In this document: one piece after another, positions 1 to 12,546 of the stretch
Numbering within the stretch: the stretch's first letter is position 1
Layout of the letters: every line of letters starts with the position of its first letter
Assembly: GCF_006345805.1 (NCBI RefSeq)
Contig: NC_042999.1
Location: 137,702,001 to 137,766,000, forward strand
Length of the DNA: 64,000 bases
From: Octopus sinensis
Lineage: Eukaryota
Reading direction: 5' to 3'
Notes under the pieces: generated by a model
Database searches by the model: none
The model's input: only the letters and a program-made list of their open reading frames with translations
Told to the model about the DNA's origin: nothing
Translations under genes and position numbers: made by a program

Positions 1-1289
1 TGCTCACATATATTAGAATTTTTTACTGCACCCATTTGTGAATAACAGCACTATTAGATGTAGGTTCCATCAGGCTAATCAGTAGTTCACTGCAGTAGGT
101 TTTAATAGATTCAAGTATAAAATTCTATATAAGAACAACAGTTAAAATATTCCTCAACATATATATTACAACATTCAACATATGATGCTTTCCACTTAAA
201 TGAAAAGGATGGGTAGACTATTCAAATATATAATTTATTTTGAATTAGAAGTGACAAATTATTTTTAAAGTGACTATCAGATTTAAGCTCTTTACTCTTT
301 TCTTTTTCCTTTTAATTGTGTAACTTACTATGAAATGACAGACTTGACTCTTATTTAATTCTAGATTTATAACAGGTCTGATTGTAGTTCAACATAATTT
401 TAATAAAAGAATACAGAGATTAGTGTTAGGAAGTGCATATTTGTTTATAATTTCACTATATAAATGCTAAAACACAAGTTTTTCATCGTGACAGTAGTAA
501 AAAGATAAGAATCTTGGAGATATGTTAATGCTTTCCCCTCTTTATGGGGCCAGATAACACCTCATGGGCCCACAGTTTAACAAATTACAAGAATTTTTAG
601 TTGGTGATTCACAAGCTTATTTATTCAAATATTTTCAAAAAGATAAGTAATATTTCACCATGTAATTATAGAAGTGTCAAATATTGAAGTGACTTCAACA
701 AAGAATTGAAACTAGATTATGGATAAGACTTGAGGACTTGCTTCCTATTCTATAGCACTCACTATTTTAAGATGCTTTTAACAAAAGGTGGTTTACAGTA
801 AACTACTGACAGTACAAAAGACTGAACATAAATTAATATGAAGAATTCTCAAAATTAATAACAATCTATTTCTTTAAAAATAAACTAAAACATGAATTAC
901 AATGAATTTATGTGACAGAAATATTTATGATACTGAGAGAGTAAAAAATATAAAAGACAATAATATTGTAACTGAAGTTATATAGGAGCAGCAAGTTTAC
1001 ATGGATGCTCTAGTATAACTGAAGCTACAACTATAGTCACTTAGACAGCATAAGGAAAATTACAGTTAGTTATTTGTTGAAAATAATTTTTCTTTATCAA
1101 AGATGATGAGGAATAAGAAAGAAGAATAATAGGGTGTCATTTTTCTTTTGCAAATATCCACAGAAAATTATAGGGAGTGAAAATGTTCACACAAAAAAAG
1201 ATGGAGAACAAATGGAATAAATGCCATAAAAAAATATAAGGACTATATTAATTTCTTTTCTGTAAAAGATCAAGATTCAAGTTCCTTTT

Positions 1290-2465
1290 CTCCTGGACCA
1301 CCAGGAATTACTGCTAAGATGTGTAAAAGTTTTGGTGGTGTAGAATACAGCCTAGTTACCAGCATAATCAATTAGGTTGTAAAGACTAATATAGCAGCAT
1401 TATGATTAACTAATACAAGAGTAAAGAAGATGCCCAGAGAGAAGTAATTACAGAGATAGCAATTTGCTGGACCAGGTCATGAGTTATGGAAAGACATAGC
1501 TTAATAAATATGAGAAAGAGTTACACTACATGTAATGCAGTTTGATTTTATATCAAGACAGTACTACAGCTTTCTTCCAAGTCAGACAACTCCAGAAGAA
1601 CTTGGCTGAAAGTAAATCACTGTACTTAACATTTGTTGACCTGGAGAAAACCTTAGACACGGTCCCTCACTCATGATCTAGTGGTCACTGAGGAAGCTAG
1701 AAGTAGATGAATGGTTTGTGAGAGCCATACAAACCATATGCAGTAGTGCTGTCAATAAAGTGAGAGTTAGCAAATGAGTACAGTAACAAACTTAATGTAT
1801 ATGTAAGATTTCATCAAGACTCAGTTCTCAGCCTTCCACATCATCACAGTCATCCGGGTTATAATAGAAGAGTTTAAACCTGGTTGCCCAAGGGAATTGC
1901 TATATACTGTTGACCTTGTTCTTATAGCTGAATATGTAACAAAATCAGAAAAGAAAGTTCAGATATTGAAGCAAAATCTGGAATTAAAAACCTCAAAGTT
2001 AACTTAGCTGTGACCAAAGTTTCAGTAAGTATGAAAATGCTTGATATGTAGAAAAAGAGTAGGTAGAAATTCCATACAGTGTATCCATTGCAAACTATGG
2101 ACACACAAGTGGTGCAATGGTATCAAAGAAAGGTTAACAAAGAAAGTGGATTTTGTGAGTGGCAAATGCAATAATCACTAGGAGGACAAAGGAAACAGTT
2201 TTATCAAATGCCCAGGAGGATCCCAAAGATATTGGATAGCTTCTGTTACCTAGGTGACCTAATTAGCAGTGGTAGAGGTTGTCCTGAAAGTATGGTTTCT
2301 AAAATAAGAACAGGCTAGAGAAACTTCAGAGAGATGTTACCTCTTTTGCTGTCATAGGTTTCTCTCTCACAGAGAAAGGCAGAGGTAAGATGCTTGTGGA
2401 TGAACAGTAATGCTACATGGTAGAGTGACATGGGGCCCTGAATGCAGAGGACATGTGAAGACTAG
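1290..2465 (+). mobile_element. Decayed RTE-clade LINE, RT region
   Basis: Broken-frame motifs GPPGITAKM, YKSKEDA..NYR...LLDQVM, MQFDF, LYLTFVDLEK, ELLYTVDLVL, SFCYLGD. Confidence 0.85.
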
Positions 2466-2729
2466 CTTGTTTTTTTTTCCAAACATATGAGAATACTAAC
2501 ATATTCAACAGCTTGGGTTCCTGTTTATTTTCTCAATTCCTTATATATACAATGGGTATAGTTTATCAGTTTCCTTAAGTTTGCATATTAAAGAAATGTT
2601 TAGATGCAAGATGAGTGTATCCAAAACTACAAAACCATGTCTGTCAAATCACTAATCTGACACATGTGGGCCATGTCCCATTGCCATTTAGTAGTGCACT
2701 TATGACAGGGTTGCAGTTAATACGTCCAC

Positions 2730-3400
2730 AATATTGGCCTGATATAACAAAATCTATGCCAATATCAGTGGATGCAACAAACCCACAATTGTTGCTGTTC
2801 TACTAGCAGAATATCCAATTACATATGCATCTGTGTCATTTATTCAGACTGAGCAAATATGAAGTTAGATATAAAAAAAAAACAATTTAACAGTGGTAGT
2901 TTTTGATACTGAGCACTTTCACATGTATGTATTTAGTAAGTCATTCTTAGAGGAGATAGATCATAGATCATTAGAATACATCCTGAATAAACCCATTTAC
3001 ACGGTTTCTGAGGTTGTAGAAAATGATGTATACTTTGTCATTCTTAGGAGGTATTATAATTGCACTTTTAAATATGTTAAGAGAAAAAAAAACTGAAAAT
3101 TGGTGATATACTTAGTTATACAACATAAAACCAGTTTCTTACTCATGGGACAGATTATCTGATCTATGAAATTGATTTGTTGCCAACACTTCTTCTAAGT
3201 GATGTAAAAGTTGCTGAACTGGAAACTGAGACTGCTAATGATAGTCAACTGATTGAATTAGCACAAGTTCTAGAACTAGGCTAACATGAAAAACACTATC
3301 TATAACTAGATGCTATAGGGAGTTTCTGGTACAGAAAAGATGGGTTAATATGTCCAGGGTATACTATCCAAAGGTCTCAAAATTAATGTCCCATGGGCAG
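2730..3400 (+). mobile_element. Ty3/Gypsy pol remnant (RNase H to pre-integrase linker)
   Basis: DITKSMPISVDAT...AVLL..YPITYAS, VVFDTEHFHMYVF..F..EIDHRSLEYILNKP (DHKPL-type motif), ETANDSQLIELAQVLELG*, SFWYRKDGL...GILSKGLKINVP. Confidence 0.75.
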
Positions 3401-4248
3401 TAAAACTACAAATACACACTAAACACACAATCACATTCAGATTACTTATTATACCTAAATAAAACAAGAGGATTACTGTATTAACCTAGAATGTGAGCAA
3501 ATATCACTGAACTGGTTGGCAAATTTGATACCAAAAATATCAGTACTAGTGTCAGAGTAGCCATGGTCAACTGTCAGGACAAATACATTCTTTGTGCTCT
3601 TGTGGACTACAAAATAAATAAATAAATAAATAAAAGGGGCAAGTATTCATAAAGTACAGCTCATCATCCCTGTTTGTAAGACACAGTATTCCACTGAAAC
3701 TTGCAACAGATAAGAGGCTGCAATTTAACATGTTTTTAAAAGAATTCTCCAACACTTGGTAGTATTAGTTTGGAACATCAAACTTCAGACATCATCTGCT
3801 ATCTAATGAAATGTTAGGCCAGTGGTTCCCAACCAAATTTTGGCCATGCCCCATCGAATCATTTCTAAAATCCTGATGTCCCCTTGTGATATTTAATTTT
3901 TGTTATTCAAAATTTGGTTAATGTTTACAATATTACCAGGAAAAAAAAATTGTGCAACAGACGTAAAAAAAAAATGCACGGAGAGCAATGGGGGCGGGTG
4001 GGGAGAGGACTTCAAAAAATTTACTAGATCCAAGTTTTTCCCTCATAACTTTTAGGAAAATTTTTTTTTTGGCTCCAGTGCAGGTGACACTTAAAGACAC
4101 CATTTGAGCACAGCCGTTGCCAGTACCACCCGATTGGCCCTCGTGCCGGTGGCACATTAAAGCATCCACTACACTCTTGGAGTGGTTGGTGTTAAGAAGG
4201 GCATCCAGCTGATGATGACGATGATAATGATTCAGCAAAAGATTATTT

Positions 4249-4404
4249 AGGCATGGCTGTGTGGTAAAAAGCTTGCTTCTCAACCATATAGTTCTGGGTT
4301 CAGTCCCACTGCATGGCACCTTGGACAAGTGTCTTATACTATAGCTTCAGGCCAACTAAAGCCTTGTGAGTGGATCTGGTAGATGGAAACTGAAAGAAGC
4401 TCAT

Positions 4405-4449
<45 letters not shown>

Positions 4450-4652
4450 TATGTATATATTTGTGTGTTTGTGTTTGTCTCACCGACTGACAACTGATGT
4501 TGATGTGTCTACGTCCCTGTGACTTAGCAGTTCAGCAAAAGAGACCAATACAATAAGTACTAGGCTTACAAAGAATAAGTGGGCAATTTGTTTGACAAAA
4601 GGTGATGCTCCAACATGGCCACAGTCAAATGACTGAAACAAGTAAAAGAGTA
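4249..4652 (+). mobile_element. tRNA-derived SINE with internal (TG)n
   Basis: A box tggctgtgtggt, B box ggttcagtccc, CORE-like ccttggacaagtgtc. Same family at 34929 and 36150. Confidence 0.85.
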
Positions 4653-6021
4653 AACATTTCATATTTTGTGGACATTAAATGGCTATACAAAAATTATTTA
4701 AATACCAGGTTTTTTAAAAATGAAACAGTGTTATAAAGACCCAAAAGAAATTATTTGGATATACTTGAAACAACTTTTAGGACAAATATTTCATAAAGCT
4801 CAAATAAGGAATAATTGATCAAAAGAAGTAAAATACAATATAAGACGAGTTTCATAAAAGAAAATTAATCAGGTTTGAAGAATCTAAGATTAGTTTGAAA
4901 AAATTTTAAAGTCACAAAAATACTGACACAGATGCTTGAAAGAATTCCTATTTTATAAGACAAATCTTACTCAAACTTCTATCACTAGAAGTTTTTTCCC
5001 CATCTTCAAGGAAGTATTACTCAAGAACAACAATTTATTTAATAGAATTCATGAATAAAAAGTTGAATTTAAGTTGATACAATATACTGCATGAAATTAT
5101 GGAAAAATAAAAATAATAAAATAGTAAATGCTAAGTTATTTATTACCTTAGTATGTCTCTTATATGTATGGGATAAGATATTCATTCATGGACTATTTGA
5201 AGTTTATAAGCTTTTTCAATGATCAAATAACAGTTAACTTTGAAACAAACAAAAACAATTGGATAGCAACCATCCTTTGATCTATTTGTTTGGATGGTTG
5301 ATAATGTGGAAGGGAAGCAACAGAGTAAAAGTATGCCTTTTAATAGAATTAATATTAGTGATAGCATCAACTGAAGTTGAAGAAGAGGGATAAAATGAGA
5401 AAAGGAGAAAGGGTCAGAGAAATATTTTTAGTACTCAGATATTGATTATCATTTCTTTTATGATGATAGAATAGTTGAATGAAAGGAAATTATTATTAAT
5501 TTATTTTCATCAAAAAAATGCATGGTTGCAGTTCCATGCTCTATATCAAAAGATAAAAACAAATGAATTTCAATTAAAAAAAAATAACAATAAACAATAG
5601 CAATATTAGATGTCCCACCATGCTTGTATATCTAAAATATAAAAAAATAAACTAATGAATATATGGCCTAAAAATTTGGTACAAAGATATATGATAATAT
5701 TTATTTAACCAAGAGTAGTAGATTGGCAGATCAGTAAGTAGGGCAGTAGACAAAAAATGCTTTACAATATCTAGTAATGTTTTAAGTTCTGAGTTCAAAT
5801 CTTAATGAAGTCAATAAAATAGATTCAAGATTTAATAAAACAGATAACCAGATTTGATCTAATTGACCAATGCTCCTCCATAAATTTGTGGCCATTTCTT
5901 TGTTAGAAATGTATTCACCCAAGTAGTTTTGTATACACAGTTAGATCTTAAACAACAAAACTAAAGGAAAAATATGGAAGAGTATTCTTTACATTGTTCT
6001 CTTTCTCTCTCTAATATATAA

Positions 6022-7075
6022 TCATCATCATGATCATCAATAAACATCTGTCTTCCATACTGCATGAACTGGATGGTTCAGCAGGTTCCAATGAGCCACA
6101 GGACAGCATTGAGATCCAATGTCTGCTTTGGTATGGTTTGTATTGCTGGATACCCTTCATAATGCCAACCACTTTATGGGGTGTACTAGGTGCTTTTTTA
6201 CAACACAGCACTAGTGAAGTCACCAGGTCATTTGCAAGACAAGATACCTCAACTGAGTGGGAGTACACAATTGATGGAGGTGGCTTTGCGCCAGGTTTTG
6301 AGATAATAGGACATAAACAGTTGTCTTAATGTAGAGGAGATATATGGCTACTCTAGCTGGAAGGGAAGAAAAGATGGTAGTGATAAAGTGTCAGGGTGTA
6401 ACCTAAAGGTACAAGAAAGTAGATATAAAAGAGAATAGGGACAGGTGGATATAAAAAGGAACAGGGACAGAGGATCAACAAAAGGTAGATAGATACATTT
6501 GCAAGAATGTAAAAGGAGAGTGACAGATGGTTACAGATGGGGATAAACATGATTGCAGAGAATAGTGAACATAGCTGGAAGCATGGTCAATTTAAATCTC
6601 AGTTTAGAGATAAGACAAAGGAAAATAGAAGTGAGTCAGAGCAGAAAAGGTAATGGTGTCAGTATATAAAGGAGGTAAGTAGAGAGCAACAGTATAGTAA
6701 AACTATAGATAAATAAGAAACAGAGAGATGATGTGAAGAATAGGTGAGTGAGAAAGGGAAGAACAGAGTCAGAGTTATGTAAGGGTAGATAAGGTGAGTG
6801 ACAAAAGTGGGAGATGGCCATCAAAGGCAAGGGAATGGGGCATTAAGGGATGGTATTGGGAATAGAGGACAAGTGACAAAAGAAGGTGTTTCCAAGAAAG
6901 ATAACTAGTAGCACAAGAGGGTGAAAAATGTGCAGTTCTGCTCTCATATAATAACAGCAGCTGAGTAAATAGCACCATAGTTATGGAGAGATAGGTAGTA
7001 GGAAGATGAGTAGTGGGGAAGGACTTACTGGGACATATTACATGTGGGGAAGGGTGGAGAAGCTTAGATTTTAAA
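6022..7075 (-). mobile_element. (CAT)n-tailed SINE-like repeat plus ~700 bp purine-rich body
   Basis: Shares the catcatcat...ttccat..tgcatg and ctggataccctt..aatgccaacc blocks with other copies. The purine-rich body is related to 31570-32230. Confidence 0.6.
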
Positions 7076-8190
7076 TGATGTGCTTTTAGGTCCTAATGTT
7101 TTGCTGAGATGGACAAGCCTTCTTGAGCACAGCAAATCACCAATCATCCTGGTCCTTTGTCATCACTTCTGTGAGGCTCAACAACATGAGGTTGTGCATG
7201 TGTGTATGTGTGTGTGTGTACATATACACACACACACACACAAAACTAATACACTTTCAAAATTAATGTCCTGAGAGTTAATATAGGCTTTTATGTACAT
7301 TTTTGCAAGTGAGGGAAGAAGTAACACTTATTTTTCTCTTAGAAAGAACATCCTCACTTCTCATTATTCTTCCCACACAAAACGTCTAAGGCTTCTAAAT
7401 AGCCATGCTAGGAGCTAATATAATTCACTTCACTGCAGAGAAGTAAATTTATTACTTATCCATTTTACTTATCTGAATACAAGTTTTGAATAATAATTTT
7501 CATTTCTTCTTCTTACTAAGAAAACAAATTAAATATGACTGAAAAACAACTTTCAGGTAAACTTACTCAAAACTATATGTGCTTAAAGTTAATATTCAAG
7601 AGAAATAATTATTTTTATTACTGAAAAAAGTTAACATAAAAATGATAAAAATGATGGTGATAAATCCTTTCTTTTAATATTTAATATTGAAAGAATAAAA
7701 ATAAGTTCCTAAAAGCCTCGATAGTGAACACACTTATATTTGAAAAGTTAATTTAATACTACAGTTTACATGCCAACAGAATGTGGCAGTCCTATAAAGG
7801 ACGATGTTGCTGTTGGTTTTGCCCCAGGAAAACATCTTTTCCAGCTGGCTATCAACACACAATTTTAAATCTTGCTCAGATATTTAAAACAAGGTGTTTT
7901 TCTCTATAATTTAATACTTTATTGTTTAAATTGAATTCAATTTTGTCTAAAAAGAATAATACTTATTTTTTTTTAGACACAAAACTTTATGTAAAATAGA
8001 AAGTAGAAACAGTAATATTCATTTCTTCATGTATTAGTAGTGCAAGTTAATTAAACTGTCTTTAATCAATAATCAAAACTCTTGTTTCATGACAATAATC
8101 ATAAAATTTCATTACAAACAAAACATGTAAGTAAATAATAATTGAGCAAGTAAACTTTTTCCCAGTAGAAAATATTTTGTTGATACATAC

Positions 8191-8232
8191 TATTTCTATC
8201 CCAAACTGGAATCCTTGTAGGTTTTTCAATCT
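8191..8232 (-). CDS. Probable post-WSC exon (KIEKPTRIPVWDRN)
   Basis: Acceptor cattacag, donor A|GTATGT. 42 nt, phase 1-1, in frame with the preceding exon. Confidence 0.6.
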
Positions 8233-8308
8233 CTGTAATGAATTAATACATTTGTTTTAATATCTTCACATTTAACATTTTAAACATTTTAATTCCTCTA
8301 CATATGGC

Positions 8309-8747
8309 AACAGTTTTGCTTTAAAAGACTTTGTTAATATAAAAATAAATGGATGTAAATGATTTTTTCCATGACAATTTCATAATGTGAAGCAACTGCT
8401 GCATTTGCTAACTCAAGTGTGACATCAGAATTACTATTCGCTCAAAACAACTATATCTTAAGTTTAAAAAAATGTTGTGGAGTCAGTGATAATTAAAAAT
8501 TTAAAAGTTTAGATTGATTTGTTAGTGGGAACAGTTTTGCTTTAAAAGACTTTGTTAATATAAAAATAAATGGATGTAAATGATTTGTTCCATGACAATT
8601 TCATAATGTGAAGCAACTGCTCAGTTTGCTAACTCAAGTGTGACATCAGAATACTATTCGCTCAAAAAAACTATATCTTAAGTTTAAAAAATAATGTTTT
8701 GAGTCAGTGAAATTAAAAAATTACAGTTTAGTTGGATTTGTAGTGGA
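8309..8747. repeat. Tandem direct duplication, ~221-bp unit x2
   Basis: aacagttttgctttaaaagactttgtt... starts at both 8309 and 8530. Confidence 0.95.
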
Positions 8748-10597
8748 ATGAAAAATGTTATGTGTATGTTTTTACCAATACAATTTTCAAAGGAAGCAAA
8801 TTTTTGTCATTGTTAAGTAGCGCATATCAAATTTCTCAGTTAAATGCAAAGGAACAAATCTCATATCCAACACACTGGAGATTTAATGTGCCAGCAGTCT
8901 ATAACAACATTATACACTATCAAAAAGTGATTGGTGTTGTTGAGCATGATGTGACAGTCTTTTCTTCATAGTTTAAATTGCTTTTCAGACTGATGAGTTT
9001 GGTACAATTGATGTTCACCTTGAACATTTTCAGATTAATGCTGGTAATGAAAGTATAGACAGAGAGGAAATTCTAGAGGTTGACATCTATTCTGAATAGG
9101 AAGGATTCTATGAAGTTCTTAGTTTGATATCTGCTAGATAAGAACACAATGAGAATGATAGTAGAGACACATGGGTCAAGTGGGCCTACTTTGAGAGAGT
9201 ATACTATTAATTCAGAAAACCAGAGATTATTGGAAAAATGAAAGAAGAGATAAAGAGTGGTAATGCATGGCTGTTAGTCAATCATTGTCAATCAGTCATA
9301 TTTTCTTTTGAACTGGTTTAAGGTGCAATAAGTGTGAGTCATCAGCACTATTCTGTACATGTGTTCAATAATTTCTGTGTAGGTTTTACTTGAACCTTGT
9401 CCGTATTTGAGCTATATCCAGAAAATTGTTTACTTCATAAGTTTCTCCATTATCTCTAAAATTTATGAATTAATAAGGTTTTATGAATGGAATAGGGTTT
9501 TTACAGTTTAATGAACTTCCTGCTGCCAACCCTCAAAAATGGAAGATGTGTCATTTTGATGTGTTTCTTATCTAAACATACAAAAAATTTTATAAACTAC
9601 AATTGGTTACTAAACTGCAATTCCAAATGCCATTCAGTTCAATATCCAATGTTAAATTGCTCCTTCCATTTACTTATCTACTCAACTTCAAAAACACAGA
9701 AAACTAAGCTGTTATACACAGAATCTGAAATATAGAATGATAGATCCTGAACCTTAATACCCAGTAGGTATCAATTCTAATATTCTGACTTTGGCATCAA
9801 CTTGATGTCCAAAGATATTTAAAATATCCAGTCTATCAAATCATATCTCATTTCTTTTACATCAGCATCAAGCACTACATCTAATGATGAATAGTATTAA
9901 CAAGTGCTAAACTACATATCAAAAGATATGAAAAGAGCTGCATTGAATTCATTGCAAAGACAAGAGGAACTCAATGAATCAATCCAACCAGCAACAACTA
10001 TCTACCAATCAAAAGTACACTGTAAGCAATCAACATGTTATTTTACTGGCAAATATATCATTAGCTAGAGAAGAACTTAAATCCTCTTATAGACAAATGT
10101 TGTGATACACTGACATTCCTCTTAACATGCTTTGAAAACTGGGAGGATCCTCAAAACACTGAAAACCTTTCTTTTACATAGCAGGGAATAAAAGAAAATG
10201 TGGAAGGTGGGTGGAGGGGTAAACAGACCAAAGGAAAGGTAATAAGGAAAAGACAAAAACACTGAAAAGGTTTTGAGAATGTGTACATTAAAATAACAAA
10301 GAAGGATATGACATTATAGTACAAATCTTTCCTAAAGAAAATATCCAACTCTCAACACAGAATATATTTTTGAAGCATTCTTTACATTAAATTTTAGTAT
10401 AGAATTATTTTATGTTATTGTATTTTTAATTATAAAGACTTTTTTATAACATAAAACTAAAGAATTTGTACCAAGTCTCATCTTTCTTTTTATATTTGAT
10501 TCTCTGACTCTGTGTGTGTGTGTATATATGTGTGTATATGCATGTGTGCGTATATTATGATAGGAACACTTCAGAATCAAATAGAAAAATACCTTAC

Positions 10598-10728
10598 TTG
10601 TTCTGTAAACCTGAATGTGATGAAAACCACCACAATGTTGTTTCAAATTTCCAGCACAACGCAGAGAACAGTGTTTATCAGAAGTTGGATTCGTTTTTAT
10701 AGTGTCATTTCCACACAGACAATAGAAT
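10598..10728 (-). CDS. WSC domain 2, C-half (RFYCLCGNDTIKTNPTSDKHCSLRCAGNLKQHCGGFHHIQVYRT)
   Basis: C.CG...C...C.G.....CGG....VY WSC pattern. Acceptor ctttttag, donor GTAAG. 131 nt, phase 2-1. Confidence 0.93.
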
Positions 10729-11219
10729 CTAAAAAGTAGAGTAATTTTGTTTTTGTTTTGCTTGTTTGTTTTATTCATAATAACTGGCAGAAAAATTGGA
10801 CTGAATTAAAAATAAATAAATGTTCTAAGAATGTTTATACTAAAATAACAAAGTAAACTTTTTGTTCACCAGAAAGAATTACAAAATTTATCTAAATATT
10901 AGAAATAAAGATTGACATCAAAACTGCTAGCCATAACATAGGGAGTAATTTGATAAATTCCAATATTTAGTTAATTTACAATCACATAAACCATGAAAAA
11001 CTAATTTCAAAAAAGTACATCAAGAAAACAAATACACTGAGTAAAAGATAAATAAAAATAAAAATTACTATGAAAGAACTTACTATGTGAACTTAGGGAA
11101 AACTTGACAAGATTAATTATTTTCTCAAGAGTTAGGCACACAGTTTAGGTAACTAAACTGAGACCATTTTAAAAATGTATTATCCTAATAAATATCATTG
11201 AGAGCTAATATTTTGCATA

Positions 11220-12546
11220 CCATCATTGTCCAGTGTTTTAAATCCGGGTTTTGTCCCCATTAATGGAGGTGGCTGGATCTACCTCAATGCCATAGCAACC
11301 GCCCTCACACCATCTCGCCCTATTTTGGGCGTCCTCCCTTCTCAAGCCAACTCTCCCAATCTCCTCCTCCACCTATCCCCTCCATGTTTTCCTCAGTCTA
11401 CTTTGCTTTTGTAGTCCATTTACCTCAAACTCAAGCATCCTCCTCAGAACATTCTCCTCATCCCTCCTCAACCACTGCACCCCATTTGCCCTTGCCAATC
11501 ATTCCACCGACTCCTCCAACCCCAGCATCCCATCAAGTCCTCAGTTCTCTTATCAAACAGCTTCATCTCACACATTTCTCTCACCATTGCTCTCTTGGCC
11601 CTTCTCAAAATTGCCATCTCTCTTTCCCTCAGACACCATGTCTCACTCCCATACAGTATTGCAGCTCTCATGCAACTCCTATAGACCCTTCCTTTCATCT
11701 TCAATGAGAACCTCTTCCCACATAACAATGCTCCACATTCCCTGAACCTCACCCAGCCAAGTCTCACTCTTGCTGTCACAGCTGTTTCACATCCACCCTA
11801 TCTCCCAAATAACAAAACCTCCTCTCTGTTTCCACCTCATCACAGCATTTCCACTGGTTCTGCCAGCCCCCCAGCTCCTTTCTCACAACTTCCACAAACA
11901 AACTCTCTTGCCAATCTTGGGGGTCACGTTCATTGTCATACATCTGCCATGAATTAATTTCTCACATCTTGTACACACAACACCACATTTGCCATTACCC
12001 TCTTCCCACATACACCACATGGATCCACATTACTTACTAACACTTCTCTTTCCATCCCGCTCACCATCACCTTTGTCTTCCTGAGGTTTACCTTCAAACC
12101 CTTGCTTTCATTTCCAAAACTTCCATTTCCAAAACTTCTCCCTCAATCCCTCCATTGTCTCACTCATAAGAACAAGGTCATCCGCATACAGTATCTCCAT
12201 TATCAATCTTCTCTTGCACTCTCCATCACCACACCAACCACTATTGCAAACAACAATGGTGATAACACAGATCCCTGATGCATCCAACTTTCACTGCAAA
12301 CTCCTCCGACAGCTCTGATCCAGTTCTAACTCGTCTTTACCCCCTCATACAAATTCATCACTGCCCTCACTATTACCTCTAGTACATCTCTCTTCCTCAA
12401 TGCCCACTCAATCACATTCCTTGAAACCCTATCAAATGCCTTCACCAGATCAACGAAGTACATGTACAACTCCTCCTTATCTCGGTATTTCTCTTGCAAT
12501 CTCCTTACAATGAACACAGCATCTATTGTACCCCTTCCTGGTATAA
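11220..12546 (-). mobile_element. RTE LINE, 3' part (RT C-half and 3' UTR)
   Basis: GTIDAVFIVRRLQEKY...FVDLVKAFDRV, ILYADDLVL, ARVRLGWVRF...ILYGSETW. Confidence 0.92.

Noticed and set aside
3820-4070. Complete hAT MITE (cagtggttcccaacc)
   Set aside because: Only one terminus found and no TSD; the adjacent 3930-4070 is a different repeat related to 54625-54800.
5182-5370. Third WSC domain (GCYP in ORF)
   Set aside because: Lacks the WSC cysteine spacing and the MT..C..C and YAG motifs.
8760-10140. Possible ancient transposase/LINE coding remnant
   Set aside because: Composition looks coding-derived but I could not identify diagnostic motifs.
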